Source: an uncultured Eubacteriales bacterium
GTDB taxonomy: Bacteria; Bacillota; Clostridia; Christensenellales; Aristaeellaceae
Reading direction: 5' to 3'
DNA: 64,000 nt
Assembly (NCBI GenBank): GCA_902793245.1
Contig: CADBCX010000008.1
Span: 155 to 64,154 of the forward strand
Shown here: piece by piece, positions 55,993 through 64,000 of the stretch
How the letters are laid out: each line of letters starts with the position of its first letter
Numbering within the stretch: the stretch's first letter is position 1
Notes under the pieces: model-generated
The model's database searches: none
Told to the model about the DNA's origin: nothing
What the model saw: the letters and a program-made list of their open reading frames with translations, nothing else
Position numbers and translations under genes: made by a program

Positions 55993-56852
55993 GCCTGACC
56001 CTCCTTCTTTTTGCCCAGATAGGCTTCGATGACCACCGGGTTCGCCTGGATCTCGCTGGCGGTGCCCTTGGCGATGACGCGGCCGAAGTTCAGCACGCAG
56101 ATGCCCTCGCACACCCCCATGACCAGGTTCATGTCGTGCTCGATCAGCAGGATGGCGATCTGGAACTGGTCGCGGATCTTGGCGATGTTCTCCATCAGCT
56201 CTTCCGTTTCACGGGGGTTCATGCCCGCAGCGGGCTCGTCCAGCAGCAGCAGCTTGGGATTCGTGGCCAATGCGCGCACGATTTCCAGCCTGCGCTGGAC
56301 GCCGTAGGGGAGAGACCCCGCCCGTTCGTCGGCTAAGTTCTCCATGCCGAAGATGTGCAGCAGCTCCAGCGCTTTTTCGTGCTGCCGGTTCTCCTGGATC
56401 CAGTAGCGGGGCAGGCGCAGGATGCCGCTGAACATGTCGTACTTGATGTTGTTGTGCAGGCCGATGCGCACGTTTTCCTCCACCGTCATGTTATCGAACA
56501 GGCGGATGTTCTGGAACGTGCGGGCGATGCCCAGCTTGGACGCCTGGGCGATGTCCAGGCCGTGCAGGTCGCGCCCGTTCACCAGCACTGCGCCGCTGGT
56601 GGGCTCGTACACCTTGGTGATCAAATTGAAAATGGTGGTTTTTCCAGCGCCGTTGGGGCCGATGAGCCCGGCGATTTCCGTGCGGCCGATGGTCAGGTTA
56701 AAGTCGTCCACGGCTTTCAGGCCGCCGAACTCGATGCCCAGGTGCCGGGTTTCCAGCACGGGGATTTCGTTGATATCGCGCTCGGGCACGATGCTGTTGG
56801 TCGGCACGGGCACCATTTTGGTGGTGGAATGCTGCTTCTTGATCTGGCTCAC
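55989..56852 (-). CDS. livG: branched-chain amino acid ABC transporter ATP-binding protein
   Basis: GPNGAGKTTIFN and a LivG-type C-terminus. GTGA overlap with livM. Confidence 0.9.
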   Translation of the reverse strand: MSQIKKQHSTTKMVPVPTNSIVPERDINEIPVLETRHLGIEFGGLKAVDDFNLTIGRTEIAGLIGPNGAGKTTIFNLITKVYEPTSGAVLVNGRDLHGLDIAQASKLGIARTFQNIRLFDNMTVEENVRIGLHNNIKYDMFSGILRLPRYWIQENRQHEKALELLHIFGMENLADERAGSLPYGVQRRLEIVRALATNPKLLLLDEPAAGMNPRETEELMENIAKIRDQFQIAILLIEHDMNLVMGVCEGICVLNFGRVIAKGTASEIQANPVVIEAYLGKKKEGQA

Positions 56853-57916
56853 TGCGCGTCACCTCCCGCGGTTTCCTTCCGCTTGAAGGGCGCGATCAGC
56901 CGCTTCATGAAGGACAGGATGGTGGGGTTGTTGGTGAAAATCATCACCAGGATCAGCACCACCGCGTACACCAGCATCCGGTAGTCCGCGAAGGCGCGAA
57001 GCACTTCGGGCAGGATGGTCAGCAATGTGGCGGAAATGACGCTGCCCAGCACATTGCCCAGGCCGCCCAGCACCACGAACACCAGCACGTTGATGCTCTG
57101 GTTGAAGGTGAACTGGGTGGGCACCACGGTGGAGGAGTTGAGGCCGTACAGCGCCCCGGCCATGCCCGCCAGCACGGCGGCGGTGACGAAGGCCATCATC
57201 TTGTACTTGGTCACGTTCACGCCCATGGACTCCGCGGCGATGCGGTTGTCCCGGCAGGCTTTGATGGCGCGGCCCGCCCGGGAATTGACCAGGTTCAGCA
57301 CCACGATCAGCGTGATCAGCACCAGGATAAACCCGGCGGTGAAGGTGGAAATATGCTTGATTTTCACCGCGCCCTTGGCTCCGTCCACCAGCATGATGAT
57401 GCCGTCGGGCAGCTTTTTGTTCAGGAAGGAGGCGTAGAGCCGTCCGTCGCCCGCGCCGATATAGAGCACGTTCACCAGGTTGCGGATGATTTCGCCGAAG
57501 GCCAGGGTCACGATGGCCAAATAGTCGCCCCGCAGGCGCAGCACCGGGATGCCGATCAATGCGCCTACGACGCCGGACAGCAGGCCGCCCGCGACAATGG
57601 CGACCACCAGCCGCAGGGTGGCATCCTCCACCTGATAGGCATTCAGCAGCAAGCCGCTGATCACCGCGCCAGTATATGCGCCAATGCTCATAAAGCCCGC
57701 ATGGCCCAGGCTCAGTTCGCCCGAAATGCCGATGACCAGGTTCAGGGACACCGCCATCACGATCCAGCTGCAAATGGGCACCAGCTGGCCCTTGAGGGAG
57801 CGGGAGATGGTTTTGTTTTCGATCATGGACTGGAGAATCAGGAACGCCCCGATCACCAGCGCGAAGGTGACGATGTTGTAAATGAGCTTGTTGCGCTTGG
57901 CTTTTGTCATTTTCAT
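56849..57916 (-). CDS. livM: branched-chain amino acid ABC transporter permease
   Basis: 355 aa multi-TM protein in a liv-type operon. Confidence 0.85.
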   Translation of the reverse strand: MKMTKAKRNKLIYNIVTFALVIGAFLILQSMIENKTISRSLKGQLVPICSWIVMAVSLNLVIGISGELSLGHAGFMSIGAYTGAVISGLLLNAYQVEDATLRLVVAIVAGGLLSGVVGALIGIPVLRLRGDYLAIVTLAFGEIIRNLVNVLYIGAGDGRLYASFLNKKLPDGIIMLVDGAKGAVKIKHISTFTAGFILVLITLIVVLNLVNSRAGRAIKACRDNRIAAESMGVNVTKYKMMAFVTAAVLAGMAGALYGLNSSTVVPTQFTFNQSINVLVFVVLGGLGNVLGSVISATLLTILPEVLRAFADYRMLVYAVVLILVMIFTNNPTILSFMKRLIAPFKRKETAGGDAQ

Positions 57917-57920
57917 ATCG

Positions 57921-58799
57921 TCACACCTTCTCTCTCACCGGCTTGCCCAGCAGGCCGGAGGGCTTCACCAGCAGCACCACGATCAGCACGGCGAACACGA
58001 TGGCGTCGCCCAGCTCGGTGGAAATGTAGGCCTTGCCGAAAATCTCGATCACGCCCAGCAGCACGCCGCCCAGCATGGCCCCGGGGATGGAGCCGATGCC
58101 GCCGAACACCGCCGCGGTAAACGCCTTGATGCCCGGCATGGAGCCGGTGGTGGGCTGCAAGATTGGATAGGAGGAGCACAGCAGCACGCCCGCAATCGCC
58201 GCCAGGGCGGAGCCGATGGCGAAGGTCACGGAGATCGTGCGGTTCACGTTAATACCCATCAGTTCCGCCGCGCCCCGGTCCTCGCTGACGCAGCGCATGG
58301 CCTTGCCCATCTTGGTCTTGGCAGTGAACAGCGTCAGCGCCACCATGATGACCACGTTGGCCAGGATGGTGTAAATCGTCGCGCTGGCAATATTCAGCCC
58401 GCCGATATGCAGGATGGAGCTGTTGATGAACGTGCGGGGGAAGGACTTGGGATTGGCCCCCCAGATCATCAGCGCCGTATTTTGTAGCAGGTAGCTCATG
58501 CCGATAGCGGTAATCAGCACCGCCAGGCTCGCCGCCTGCCGCAGCGGACGGTAGGCCAGGCCCTCGATGGTGATGCCCAAAATGGTGCAAACCACCATCG
58601 CCGCCAGGATCGCCACGATGGGCGGCAGGCCCCAGTACTGCAAGCCGCAGAACGCGATATACGCGCCCACCATGATAATATCACCATGGGCGAAGTTCAG
58701 CATCTTGGCGATGCCGTACACCATCGTGTAGCCCAGGGCGATGATGGCGTAAATACTGCCAAGGCTGAGCCCGTTAATCAGGTTGTCCAGAAAAATCAT
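57921..58799 (-). CDS. livH: branched-chain amino acid ABC transporter permease
   Basis: MIFLDNLINGLSLGSIYAIIALGYTMVYG is a typical LivH N-terminus. Confidence 0.85.
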   Translation of the reverse strand: MIFLDNLINGLSLGSIYAIIALGYTMVYGIAKMLNFAHGDIIMVGAYIAFCGLQYWGLPPIVAILAAMVVCTILGITIEGLAYRPLRQAASLAVLITAIGMSYLLQNTALMIWGANPKSFPRTFINSSILHIGGLNIASATIYTILANVVIMVALTLFTAKTKMGKAMRCVSEDRGAAELMGINVNRTISVTFAIGSALAAIAGVLLCSSYPILQPTTGSMPGIKAFTAAVFGGIGSIPGAMLGGVLLGVIEIFGKAYISTELGDAIVFAVLIVVLLVKPSGLLGKPVREKV

Positions 58800-58827
58800 G
58801 TTGCCGCATCCCCCAGTGTGTGTTTTT

Positions 58828-58872
58828 CTGGGGGAAACCGCTCTTTGGAGGCCAAAGAGCGGTTTCCCCCAG
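58828..58872 (-). other. perfect 21-bp stem / 3-nt loop hairpin between livJ and livH
   Basis: CTGGGGGAAACCGCTCTTTGG-AGG-CCAAAGAGCGGTTTCCCCCAG. Confidence 0.8.
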
Positions 58873-58952
58873 ACCCCCTTCCGAGAAAGCCATAAAGGGA
58901 AGTATGCCATATTTACAAGGTATCAGTGTAAGGAAAAAATCATCACCAATTA

Positions 58953-58995
58953 AACGAAAACGCGGGACTGGCCCAAAAGACTGGGCCAGCCCGCT
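58953..58995 (-). terminator. intrinsic terminator/attenuator just downstream of livJ
   Basis: On the minus strand, GCGGGCTGGCCCAG-loop-GGGCCAGTCCCGC followed by GTTTTCGTTT. Confidence 0.6.
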
Positions 58996-59034
58996 TTCAT
59001 TCACAAAACGGAATGAATCAATGCGCGGTTGGGA

Positions 59035-60162
59035 TTATTCAAACACGTATTCGCCGTTGACGATGGTGGCGGCCATAGGCGTCTTGGTGACGGCGCCGGA
59101 GGCGTCCCAGGTCATGGAGCCGGTGATGCCGTCCACGGTGATTTCCTGGATGGCGGCAATCAGCAGGTCGCAGGCTTCCTCAGCGCTCATATCGCTGGTG
59201 ATGCCGGCCTTTTCGGCGGCGGCGATGAGGATGTAGATGCCGTCATAAGCGTCGGCCGCGAACTGGATCGGGATCTCGTTGTAAGCGGCCTGATACTTGG
59301 CGACAAAGTTGACCACCTTTTCATCGGTGGAGGTGGCCACGAAGGGGGTCAGCAGCATGACGCCCTCGGCCAGGCTGGTGTCGAAGCCTTCCACGCTCAG
59401 GATGCCGTCCATGCCGTCCACGCCGAAGAAGATGGGCTTGAAGGCCTTGTCCGCGGCGGTCTTGAGGATCAGGGAAGCGGGGGTGTAGTAGATGGGCAGG
59501 AACACGATTTCCGCGCCCGCGTTCTGGGCGTCGGCCACCTGGACGGTGAAGTCGGTGGTTTCATCGGTGAAGGTGGTTTCGGAAACGATTTCCAGGCCCA
59601 GGGTCTTGGCTTCTTCCACGAAGGTGTCGCGGATGCCGGTGGAATACACGTCAGCGTTGTTGTAGATCACGGCGACCTTGGTGCCCAGGCCGTGTCCGGC
59701 GATGTACTGCGCGGAAGCCTTGCCCTGGTTGGGGTCGGTGAAGCAGATCTGGAACATGTTGTCCTTGTCTTCGATGACGGCGGTGGAAGACGCGGAGGGC
59801 GTGAGCATGAACACGCGCTCTTCATACGCCAAAGCGGACGCGGCTTCGCAGGGCTTGGAGGTGGTGGTGCCCAGAATCATCTGCGCGCCGGCTTCCAGGG
59901 CGGCGTTGTAAGCGTTGATGACCTTTTCCACGTTGTGCTCGTCATCTTCTTTGATCAGCTCGATCTTGTACTTGCCGCCCGCCGCGTTCACTTCTTCCAC
60001 GGCGACTTCCGCGCCGTGCAGCGTGGCCAGGCCGTACAAGGCCGCCGCGCCGGTGGTGGGGCCGATATGGGCGATCTTCAAAGTGATCACGTCTTCCGCC
60101 ACGGCGGACGCGACGCTCAGCAGCATGGCAACCGCCATCATGAGAGCAACCAGTTTCTTCAT
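59035..60162 (-). CDS. livJ: branched-chain amino acid ABC transporter substrate-binding protein
   Basis: Signal peptide, then IKIAHIGPTTGAAALYG...AVEEVNAAGG, a LivJ/LivK-like type I PBP. Confidence 0.85.
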   Translation of the reverse strand: MKKLVALMMAVAMLLSVASAVAEDVITLKIAHIGPTTGAAALYGLATLHGAEVAVEEVNAAGGKYKIELIKEDDEHNVEKVINAYNAALEAGAQMILGTTTSKPCEAASALAYEERVFMLTPSASSTAVIEDKDNMFQICFTDPNQGKASAQYIAGHGLGTKVAVIYNNADVYSTGIRDTFVEEAKTLGLEIVSETTFTDETTDFTVQVADAQNAGAEIVFLPIYYTPASLILKTAADKAFKPIFFGVDGMDGILSVEGFDTSLAEGVMLLTPFVATSTDEKVVNFVAKYQAAYNEIPIQFAADAYDGIYILIAAAEKAGITSDMSAEEACDLLIAAIQEITVDGITGSMTWDASGAVTKTPMAATIVNGEYVFE

Positions 60163-60376
60163 AACAAATTTCCTCCTTGTAAAAAAGTCTCAGCGGGCGG
60201 GAACGTTCATGTTTCCTCCCGGAGAAATCAGGTACAACATATTATAAGAAAAAACCCCTGCTTCCGCAAGGGGGGAAAGTGTCTTTCCCCTGTACTTTTC
60301 GGGGGAAAATGAAGATTTTGATCGGATTTATCTGATGTGGTTTTCGCCTGTCACAGCAGTTTGACAAAGTTTGTTG

Positions 60377-60406
60377 TTGACAATTTCTTTGAATGGATGA
60401 TATAAT
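60377..60406 (+). promoter_or_regulatory. candidate promoter of the toxin-antitoxin pair
   Basis: TTGACA, 18-nt spacer, TATAAT. TTGACAA also occurs as a direct repeat 16 nt upstream. Confidence 0.5.
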
Positions 60407-60462
60407 AGATGTGGGAAATCCCACAAGTATTCTTTCCCATCATTGGCAAAGGAGGTGCAGGT

Positions 60463-60711
60463 ATGCAGCACGCTATTCGGGAATATGACGCCAAGCTGGA
60501 CGCAAAACGCCGCATCACGCTTCGGAATGTCCTTTTTGACTTCTACCACGTTTCTGAGTACAGGGACGGAAAGATCGTTTTGGAACCGCGTGAACTGACC
60601 CCGCCTTTTCAGGTGTCGGAAAACACGCTGGGCATGATGGACGAAGCCGTTCAGAATCTGAAAGAAGGAAAGGTTTCACCGGCCCTTGACCTTTCGGAAT
60701 TTGGAGACTGA
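60463..60711 (+). CDS. type II antitoxin candidate (AbrB/MazE-like N-terminus, tentative)
   Basis: 82 aa. ATG follows AAAGGAGG. Ends 2 nt before the toxin start. AKLDAKRRITLRN resembles SpoVT/AbrB-type DNA-binding strands. Confidence 0.5.
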   Translation: MQHAIREYDAKLDAKRRITLRNVLFDFYHVSEYRDGKIVLEPRELTPPFQVSENTLGMMDEAVQNLKEGKVSPALDLSEFGD

Positions 60712-60713
60712 AC

Positions 60714-61091
60714 ATGTATCAGATACATTTGGGCGTTCCCGAGATGGAAACGCTGTGGAATACGCTGCAAGCGAAAGTCCGAAGCCGGACAGCCAGCGCG
60801 GACGAAGAAAAGCGTTATAAGCAAATGGGAAAAGCCATGCGGCTGCTTTCTGAAAATCCCAGGCATCCGGGATTGCAGTCCCATGAAATCAGCGCCTTGA
60901 CAGCCCGATATGGCATGAAAGTATGGGAATCCTATTTGGAAAACCGTACGCCGGGAGCCGGCCGCATCTTCTGGGTATACGGCCCGAATCAACAGGATAT
61001 TACCATCATCGGCCTGGAACCGCATCCAAACGACAAATCCAACGCCTACAAGAAAATCACGCTGTCCGCCATGGAAAAAGAAACGGGATAA
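60714..61091 (+). CDS. type II toxin candidate, RelE/ParE-superfamily-like (tentative)
   Basis: 125 aa. GAGRIFWVYGPNQQDITIIGLEPHPND resembles the C-terminal beta-sheet/His region of RelE/YoeB-type toxins. Confidence 0.5.
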   Translation: MYQIHLGVPEMETLWNTLQAKVRSRTASADEEKRYKQMGKAMRLLSENPRHPGLQSHEISALTARYGMKVWESYLENRTPGAGRIFWVYGPNQQDITIIGLEPHPNDKSNAYKKITLSAMEKETG

Positions 61092-61124
61092 AACAGCCTG
61101 GAGCATTTTCGCCCCAGGCTGTTT
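61091..61124. terminator. bidirectional terminator between the toxin gene and tkt
   Basis: AAACAGCCTGG-loop-CCAGGCTGTTT. Confidence 0.7.
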
Positions 61125-61139
61125 CATACTTGAATGCGA

Positions 61140-63116
61140 TTATTTTCCGATAACTTCCTTGGCGGCCTTCACGGCGTTCTCCACGGTGAAGCCGAATTCC
61201 TTAAACAGGATGGCGTAGGGGGCGGAAGCGCCGTAGTGGTCGATGCCGATGATCTTTCCGTCCAGGCCGGTGAAGCGGTACCAGGGCATGGTGACGCCGG
61301 CTTCCATGGCGACGCGGGCGCGGACGCAGGGCGGGATGACCTTGTCCTGGTATTCCTGGGGCTGCTTTAAGAACAGTTCCATACAGGGCATGGAGATCAC
61401 GCGGGCGTCGATGCCGTCCTTTTTCAGTTCTTCCTTCGCGCCCATCATCTGCTCCACCTCGGAGCCGCTGGCCATCAGCAGCACGTCGGGGGTTTCCTTG
61501 TCGGAGTCGGCCAGGATGTAGCCGCCCTTCATGGCTTCGCAGCCGCTGTTCTCGTACTGGGGCAGGTTCTGACGGGTGAGCACCAGGCAGGTGGGCAGGC
61601 CCGCGGTCAGGGCGGTGAGCCAGGCGGCGGTGGTTTCCTTGCCGTCGGCGGGGCGGAACACCAGCATATCGGGGATGGCGCGCAGGCCGGTGAGCTGCTC
61701 GATGGGCTCATGGGTAGCGCCGTCCTCGCCCACGCCGATGGAGTCATGGGTCAGCACGTAGGTGACGGGAATCTGCATGATGGCGCTCATGCGCATGGCG
61801 TGCTTCATGTAATCGCTGAACACGAAGAAGGTGCCGCAGAAGATGCGCAGGCCGCCGTGGAGGGCAATGGCGTTGCAGATGGCCGCCATGGCGTGTTCGC
61901 GCACGCCGAAGTGCAGGTTGCGGCCCGCCCGGTTCTCGGCGGAGTAGTCGCCGCCGTCCTTGATGTAGGTCTTGTTGGAGGGGGCCAGGTCGGCGCTGCC
62001 GCCCACCAGGTTGGGGAGCAGCTTCGCCAGGCGGTTGATCATTTCGCCGGAGGTGGCGCGGGTGGCCATCTTGTCGCCCCACTGCCACAGCGCGTCGTTC
62101 AGCGCCACTTCGTCGGGCAGCTCGGTGCTGTGCCAGGCTTCCCATTCCTCGGCCAGCTCGGGATAGGCTTTGCAGTAGTTCACGAACAGTTCGTTCCATT
62201 CCGCTTCGGCCTTCTCGTTCTTTTCCATCTGGGCGTGGACGTGCTCGTACACCTCGGGCAGCACGCAGAAGTCATCCGCGGGCATGCCCAGGTTCTGCTT
62301 GGTGGCCGCCACGTTTTCCGGGCCCAGGGGCTCGCCGTGGGCGGAGGACTTGCCTTCCTTGGCGGGGCAGCCGAAGCCGATCTTGGTGGGGCACACGATC
62401 AGGGTGGGCCGCTCGTCCTTCTTGCCTTCCTCGATGGCGGCGATGATGGCGTCCACGTCGTTGCCGTCCTGGAGGCGGATGACCTGCCAGCCGTAGGCTT
62501 CAAAGCGGGCGGGCACGTTCTCCCGGAAGGCGATGTCGGTGCTGCCTTCGATGGAGATTTCATTGTCGTCGTAGAGCAGGGTCAGCTTGCCCAGCTTGAG
62601 GGTGCCCGCCAGGGAGCAGGCTTCGCTGCCGATGCCTTCCATCATGCAGCCGTCGCCGCAGAAGGCGTACACCCGATGGTCCACTATTGGGTAGTTGGGG
62701 CGGTTAAAGTGGGCGGCCAGCATGGTTTCCGCGATGGCGAAGCCCACGGCGTTGGCCACGCCCTGGCCCAGGGGGCCGGTGGTGGTTTCCACGCCCACGG
62801 TGTGGCGGTACTCGGGATGGCCGGGGGTCTTGCTGCCCCACTGACGGAACTGCTTCATATCGTCCAGGGTCAGTCCGTAGCCGGTGAGATGCAGCAGGCA
62901 GTAAATCAGGGAGCTGGCATGGCCGCTGGACAGCACAAAGCGGTCACGGTCGGGCCAGGTGGGGTCCTTGGGGTTGTGCTTCATCTGGTTCATCCACACG
63001 GCGTAAGCCATGGGGGCCATGCCCATCGGCGCGCCGGGATGCCCGCTCTTGGCCTTCTGCACGGTGTCGGCGGCCAGGGTGCGGATGTTGTTGATGGTGG
63101 TTTGGCGGATGTCCAT
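61140..63116 (-). CDS. tkt: transketolase
   Basis: [17 protein letters not shown], full length 658 aa, with a GDGCMMEG thiamine-diphosphate motif. Confidence 0.95.
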   Translation of the reverse strand: MDIRQTTINNIRTLAADTVQKAKSGHPGAPMGMAPMAYAVWMNQMKHNPKDPTWPDRDRFVLSSGHASSLIYCLLHLTGYGLTLDDMKQFRQWGSKTPGHPEYRHTVGVETTTGPLGQGVANAVGFAIAETMLAAHFNRPNYPIVDHRVYAFCGDGCMMEGIGSEACSLAGTLKLGKLTLLYDDNEISIEGSTDIAFRENVPARFEAYGWQVIRLQDGNDVDAIIAAIEEGKKDERPTLIVCPTKIGFGCPAKEGKSSAHGEPLGPENVAATKQNLGMPADDFCVLPEVYEHVHAQMEKNEKAEAEWNELFVNYCKAYPELAEEWEAWHSTELPDEVALNDALWQWGDKMATRATSGEMINRLAKLLPNLVGGSADLAPSNKTYIKDGGDYSAENRAGRNLHFGVREHAMAAICNAIALHGGLRIFCGTFFVFSDYMKHAMRMSAIMQIPVTYVLTHDSIGVGEDGATHEPIEQLTGLRAIPDMLVFRPADGKETTAAWLTALTAGLPTCLVLTRQNLPQYENSGCEAMKGGYILADSDKETPDVLLMASGSEVEQMMGAKEELKKDGIDARVISMPCMELFLKQPQEYQDKVIPPCVRARVAMEAGVTMPWYRFTGLDGKIIGIDHYGASAPYAILFKEFGFTVENAVKAAKEVIGK

Positions 63117-63174
63117 GGTGATCAGTCCTCCCGTTTTCTAAAGTAAAAATATGTTGTTTGTGTAAGGAAACCAG

Positions 63175-63291
63175 CCAAAAGGCTTCCCCTTGAGGGGAAG
63201 CTGTCACGCGAAGCGTGACTGATGAGGTGGAATGTTTTAACACCTCATCCGGCGCTGCGCGCCACCTTCCCCTCAAGGGGAAGGCTTTTGG
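63175..63291. repeat. composite palindromic element, copy B (short form)
   Basis: Same terminal repeats as 22233-22438. Conserved GATGAGGTG/CACCTCATC internal hairpin, plus GTCACGC-GAA-GCGTGAC and GGCGC-TGC-GCGCC. Confidence 0.85.
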
Positions 63292-63301
63292 CAGCTGCGT
63301 T

Positions 63302-64000
63302 TTACTTTGCTTCAATAAAGTCCCTGAGTTTCCCCAGGTCAATTCCCTCCGCGCCGTCCAGCACAGCGTACAGGGCTTCGGCCATGCGCTTGACGCCGCC
63401 CTTCACGTCGCTTTCAATGTTCAGGGGCAGCACCGGGTCATGGACGGAGAGCCGCAGCAGGAACCAGCCGTCGTTGAGGCCCTCCAGGTCGAAGTTGATG
63501 CGCACGCCCTCCCGGTTGTCCGGGGCGATGTGCCAGCCGGGGGCGAAGGCGGCGTGATCCATCACCTTCTCAATCGCCAGCCTGCCGGCGGAACGGAAGT
63601 CCTCGGCGGTAATGTCCAGGCGGATCTCGGCGCTCTCCACCGGCTCCCGGAGGTCGGCGATGAGGTCGGTCAGTTCCTTGCCCTCCTGTTTCAGCCGCAT
63701 GGCTTCGCAAATCAGCACCGTCACCAGGTACATGCCGTCGTCCAGGAAATGGTTTTCCCGCAGGGCGGCGTGACCGCTGGTTTCAATCGCCAGGGGGCAG
63801 TTGAGGCCCGCTTCGTTCAGGCGCTTGGCCTCGTCGATCACGTTGCGGTAGCCCCGCTTGTAGCGGTAATGCTCGCCGCCCCATTCCATGATGAACTGGG
63901 CAAGCCCCGAGGAAGTGACGGAGTCGGTCACGATGGTCTGGCCTTGCCTGACGGTGTAGGCGGAGAAGTTGTGACCCAACTTTGGAAAATAGTTTGGCTC
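63302..64000 (-). CDS. phosphoglucomutase/phosphomannomutase family protein, C-terminal part (gene continues beyond window)
   Basis: ETSGHAALRENHFLDDGMYL is typical of the alpha-D-phosphohexomutase sugar-binding loop region. The frame is open to the window edge. Confidence 0.75.
   Translation of the reverse strand, partial: EPNYFPKLGHNFSAYTVRQGQTIVTDSVTSSGLAQFIMEWGGEHYRYKRGYRNVIDEAKRLNEAGLNCPLAIETSGHAALRENHFLDDGMYLVTVLICEAMRLKQEGKELTDLIADLREPVESAEIRLDITAEDFRSAGRLAIEKVMDHAAFAPGWHIAPDNREGVRINFDLEGLNDGWFLLRLSVHDPVLPLNIESDVKGGVKRMAEALYAVLDGAEGIDLGKLRDFIEAK

Noticed and set aside
47861-63146. Plus-strand or alternate-frame ORFs of 200-490 aa opposite or overlapping the minus-strand block (47861-49147, 51875-53359, 53209-54414, 55300-55998, 56355-56984, 56859-57773 minus, 57353-58120, 59029-60312, 61710-63146)
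   Set aside because: They are antisense to, or out of frame with, U32, lctD, etfA, livF/G/M/H/J and tkt, all of which carry canonical motifs. Their composition is low-complexity.

Overview
High-G+C chromosome segment of Gram-positive type. It has AGGAGG ribosome-binding sites, a T-box leader, a SpoVB-like flippase, and FprA and Etf/LctD anaerobe genes. It most resembles a gut or rumen Clostridia (Oscillospiraceae-like) genome, but the taxon is inference. I support about 53 protein-coding genes. I found no rRNA, tRNA or CRISPR, and no transposase, integrase, phage or reverse-transcriptase genes, so there is no classical defence or mobile island.

Gene blocks:
- 1-6.7 kb: dusB tail, a TlpA-like redoxin, and a T-box-controlled operon (Dabb protein, Fe-ADH-like enzyme, 3-gene ABC importer).
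- 6.9-25.3 kb: a pectin/rhamnogalacturonan/xylan utilisation locus. It holds GH43, a 988-aa substrate-binding protein (SBP) with two permeases, an NHL/TPR membrane protein, a Yip1 protein, a 708-aa secreted protein, two more permeases with an SBP, CE12, a CE8-CE12 fusion and GH105.
- 25.8-33.9 kb: serine hydrolase, glycerate kinase, permuted membrane-anchored GH3, pepT, SpoVB-like flippase.
- 34.2-37.4 kb: a visibly lower-G+C block with two paralogous secreted proteins and a STAS protein with an unknown partner.
- 37.6-40.0 kb: the dut-aph(3')-deoD-DUF523 operon.
- 40.1-51.7 kb: GH10 xylanase, fprA, lepA, GNAT, cvpA, heparinase II/III-like, U32 peptidase-family, and a frameshifted beta-helix lyase-like gene.
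- 51.8-55.2 kb: lctD-etfA-etfB.
- 55.3-60.2 kb: livJHMGF.
- 60.5-64.0 kb: a toxin-antitoxin pair, tkt, and a phosphohexomutase tail.

Most interesting signals:
- The best candidate for an undescribed system is the NHL/TPR + Yip1 + secreted-protein module, co-transcribed between two ATPase-less sugar importers, one of which has a giant CBM-like SBP.
- Two families of structured intergenic repeats: heptad-array hairpins inside ABC operons, and a five-hairpin palindromic element that shows a compensatory stem change.
- A 463-nt hairpin-dense non-coding region.
- A tandem 67-nt structured duplication in the lepA leader.
- An orphan STAS pair.

All family assignments come from motif recognition by eye. 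No database search was possible.
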